Source of the DNA: Obrimoposthia wandeli
Lineage: Eukaryota
Reading direction: 5' to 3'
Length of the DNA stretch: 64,000 nucleotides
NCBI GenBank assembly: GCA_977020255.1
Contig: CDROCS010000294.1
Location: 1 to 64,000 of the forward strand
Made by a program: the position numbers and the translations under genes
The notes under the pieces: generated by a model
Database searches by the model: none
What the model was told of the DNA's origin: nothing
The model's input: the letters and a program-made list of their open reading frames with translations, nothing else
In this document: one piece after another, positions 60,463 to 64,000 of the stretch
Layout: each line of letters starts with the position of its first letter
How positions within the stretch are numbered: position 1 is the stretch's first letter

Positions 60463-63400
60463 GTGTGTGCGGCCTGACATTATAATAGCGGATGGCCGAA
60501 TTCACTTCTAGGCTGGCAGAAACATTAACATTGCAGTACAGCAAAGTAAATTTGAAAACTCGAGAAAACTAATGTATCCGCTCTATGGTGGTGCCGGTAT
60601 GTTACACAAGGGTTTCTTAAGATCCTTTAAGATAGCTCATATACAAAACAAATCAGCAAATACTAAAGAAATGTTTCACGGGGTTTTGGGTATAATATAA
60701 TTTATTTTGATATACAGGGTGAGTGTTCAAGAAACCTACTCGGATTTTAACAGAAAGTGTATTAACATTATCTACATAATTGATATTGAAATATATTTTC
60801 AAAACTGGACAGTCAAAGTATACACAAAACAGTTATTAAAGCAATTGGCAATGGGAAAATGGCCGCCAACGACGACAACTGGAAGGCTTTTTCGATAATT
60901 TCAATTTAATGCTTTGCAATAAATGAATCATTCATTCTTTGGCCTTGCTTCTTTGTAAATTGCATTTGGAATTTGTCTTCACAACCAAAAAAGATTAATT
61001 GATAGATTTAGGCTCCCGGTATCATGTGTATTCAATATTTTTCATACTAATAGAAAAAAGTGAGTTTAATATCCACTTCAAAAATTAAGTTTCCATCAAC
61101 GACACTATGAAACGTGCTCAAGTTCGAGTAGCCCTTTTCTTGGATAATTTTCGTAACGTTACTTCAATCTTAAGCCAATCTCGATTTTACATCGTATTCT
61201 CCAGATGCAGTTTTATTACTCATTTAATTTTTTTCCATAATCTGAAGCTTGAATGATATATTTAAACCAATTTTAAAATATTTTATATATAACTATATTA
61301 TACCTCAATATTTCATGGTGTGAAAAATTATTATTTTTTCACGCTTATTTTCATATAAATTTTAAATTATTTTATTGATTATTTTTAAGTATTGCTCCAC
61401 ATCAGCCTTAGCAAGGTTGTCACTTTTATTTGGGACATAACTTTCTAAGAGTTTTTTGTTGCAACAATTTAAAACAGCATGTGAAATGATAACACGTCGT
61501 TGCATGCTAAAGATTAGACTCATTTTTTCTTTTGCCAAGTCTTCTATAAAATCGAAGAAAACGATAATATTGTTTTTGCTGGGGCATTTTGCATTCGGAG
61601 GTCGAGATATTGTTCCCACCATTTTTTCCCATACACAGGTTTGCTTTTTATATACAGCAAACTAGCTTTAAAAGGAGATGAGAGACTTACTTGTGCTTGT
61701 CCAGACAATTACGAAGATTGAAATCAATAAAAAATAATTTAGAATAATACTGCATTGTTTTTCGGGAAAAGGTCTGTTTTTTAATATTTTATAATGTTTT
61801 TAATGCTTTGTGGATGAGATGAAAGATGCGTAAATTATTTAAGCGAAATAAAATGATTTTTTATTTCATTCGAACACTATTTTAACAACCCGGCCTCTGT
61901 CATCGTGTAATACAAGTTCCCGTGAATATAACCTTACGCCATTTTCATTATACAATTAATTTTTTCGATAAATATATATATAGGGAACTATTCGGTAGTC
62001 ATGCCATAGCCTATTTAGTTTTGAAAAAATGTAGGTAGGGCTTATATGTGGAGAAATATTGTAATATTAATTAATGTATTGTGTAACTTAATATTTAGCA
62101 TATATTGAAATTTTTGTAAAATATATTGTTTTAGAAACTACATTGCACATTTTATTAATTAATTGGTCAATTGCAAATTATTTTCATTAAAGTAAAATTA
62201 GATAATTTTATTTTTAATACATCCCACTGAAAGTATTGCCAATTTTGTATTATCTTTCGATTGTATTTCAATTCACTGAATTGTATTATATTTGAATCTA
62301 TTAATAGTAACATCGAGTACCCCTCCAAAAAGTGACAATTCAGCGACAGACCACCTCAAAAAAGTAACGATTCAGCGACACCCAGAAAAATTATTCTAAT
62401 TACATGTCTGAGCATATTTAAGCATATCAACTAATAGCACTCGGGGGTCTTTGTTCTGCCGTCAAACCGCTGAATCGTCACTGTTGCAGGTAATGATTTC
62501 GGATGAGTTATACACACATCAAAATTCCCTATAAACCATATTTTATTTACTTTAGCCTATAGTGCGATAGGTAAGTTTAAATATTAGAGTAATGGTGTCT
62601 GTAGATATAAGCAATGAGTAATTTTAAGCCCCATATCATTTAGCTTAAAAACTATAGACGGAAAGTCCTAGATGACAGCAAAGAGAATTATCCTTAAGCA
62701 GGCTGCGGTACACCATTCGAATTATTTAGCTTCATATGAGAGTGGGGTTAGTGAACGAGTGCAACAACAACGCATTACTTCAATTAATCACCAGCTCTAC
62801 TTTTTCACATATTGTCTCGGCTTCCATTCATTCTTCTATTCTACCTTTATAATTTATATTTACGAGTTTCATTAGACTAAAATTGTATTCTGTAAATTCT
62901 TCTTTATATACGTCTGAACCTGCTTTTTTATTACACATTTCTTGTAATTATCTTGCAAACCTATTATAATTGGATGATATATTTCTTCCAGTCAATTTCG
63001 ATTTTTTAATATGGATTTAGTCCAATCAAATGCAATGCTTTAGTTATATTAATCAATTAAATTCATGTCTTTGTTAGTATAAAAGAATGCGCCATTGAAG
63101 GACAAATCACAGTAAATGCATTCATATCAAAGACAATTATCAATGATGGACGATAGCCAACGGATATTAAGCGGTGATGAAGATTTAGAAATGTATGGAG
63201 AATCGGATAAGTATATGTATAAAGAAGTGAAACAATATTTCAAATACAAAGTCAGATTCTTGAAGAAGGCTCAACTGATTGCTTTAGTAAATCCTGTGAC
63301 AATTGAAAGAAGAAAGTTCAGCTATTATCTATCAAATATTCAAAAAACAGATTTTCAATATCTTAAACAGAAAGTTGAAAAAGCAGTTCCAAATTTTACT

Positions 63401-64000
63401 TTCAATAAGAACGAATTTTATATCCGAGGATCCGATGTAGCATTTCTAGATGACCATGAAAGATAAATAGATATTGATGCGTTTCCGAAAAAGAAGCAAT
63501 GGACTGTAACAATTCGACTTTATGGTTACAAGAAAGATGAAATTGGAACAAAGTACCTATGTGGAAAATTGAACGTGCTCATATCGCTATGTTTTAACTA
63601 TTTATTTTTCTTTCATTTTGCATGTAATAAATTGTAATCGATTTAATTCATTTTTACTATGTTTCTTTCATATGGGAATTAATAATTAGTTTTATTTTCA
63701 TAATATTCATAATAGATGCTTCAGATAACAGACAGTTCAATCTCATCAAACAGCACAGTTTCTTCTTTTTCAACAGCTAATTGCCAGACACAATTTTACC
63801 ATGAAGCTTTTGATTTTTCCAAACCTGTAAAGTTATTTGTGCGTGGGCCTTGAAGTGATAAACTGAGTGAATTCAATTTACCGAGGGTACCCTGGCACAC
63901 AGTTTTGTAAACACAGTTTTAAACATTGGTATTTTATAATCTGAATTAATAATATAAATTTCCATAATAAGCTCTTGAGTATCAACCTCCAATATCGTGA

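Noticed and set aside
1-64000. tRNA, rRNA or other structured ncRNA genes
   Set aside because: None recognised by eye; a tRNAscan or Infernal run would be needed to exclude them.

Overview
AT-rich eukaryotic (invertebrate animal; host species cannot be determined, a triclad flatworm is only a guess) genomic DNA dominated by two related, unusually large Ty3/gypsy LTR retroelements. Element A (+ strand, starts before base 1, 3' LTR 13522-15620) is partly decayed. Element B (- strand, 33955-48251, 904-bp near-identical LTRs, 4-bp TSD ATAA) is almost intact. Both encode a homologous chuvirus-like envelope glycoprotein placed before protease-RT-RNaseH-integrase. In B it lies between gag and pol; A's gag is outside the window. 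Each carries different host-manipulation cargo. A has BIR + BIR-like + RING (IAP-like) with an extra aspartic protease, three TIG/IPT-like repeats, an active plus a pseudo dual-specificity phosphatase, signal-peptide/TM cassettes and three stand-alone RING-H2 genes, one with a SUMO-interacting motif. B has an FN3-like membrane protein after integrase, a basic coiled-coil ORF and an ISG20/REX4-like exonuclease with a SIM. Both have a C5-containing tract where the polypurine tract should be. A's LTR holds a 20-bp minisatellite and a 12-copy covarying hairpin array. The rest of the window has two solo LTRs related to A, hAT and mariner remnants, minisatellites and two exons of a host srGAP-family F-BAR gene. 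All protein assignments are by manual motif recognition; no database search was run.
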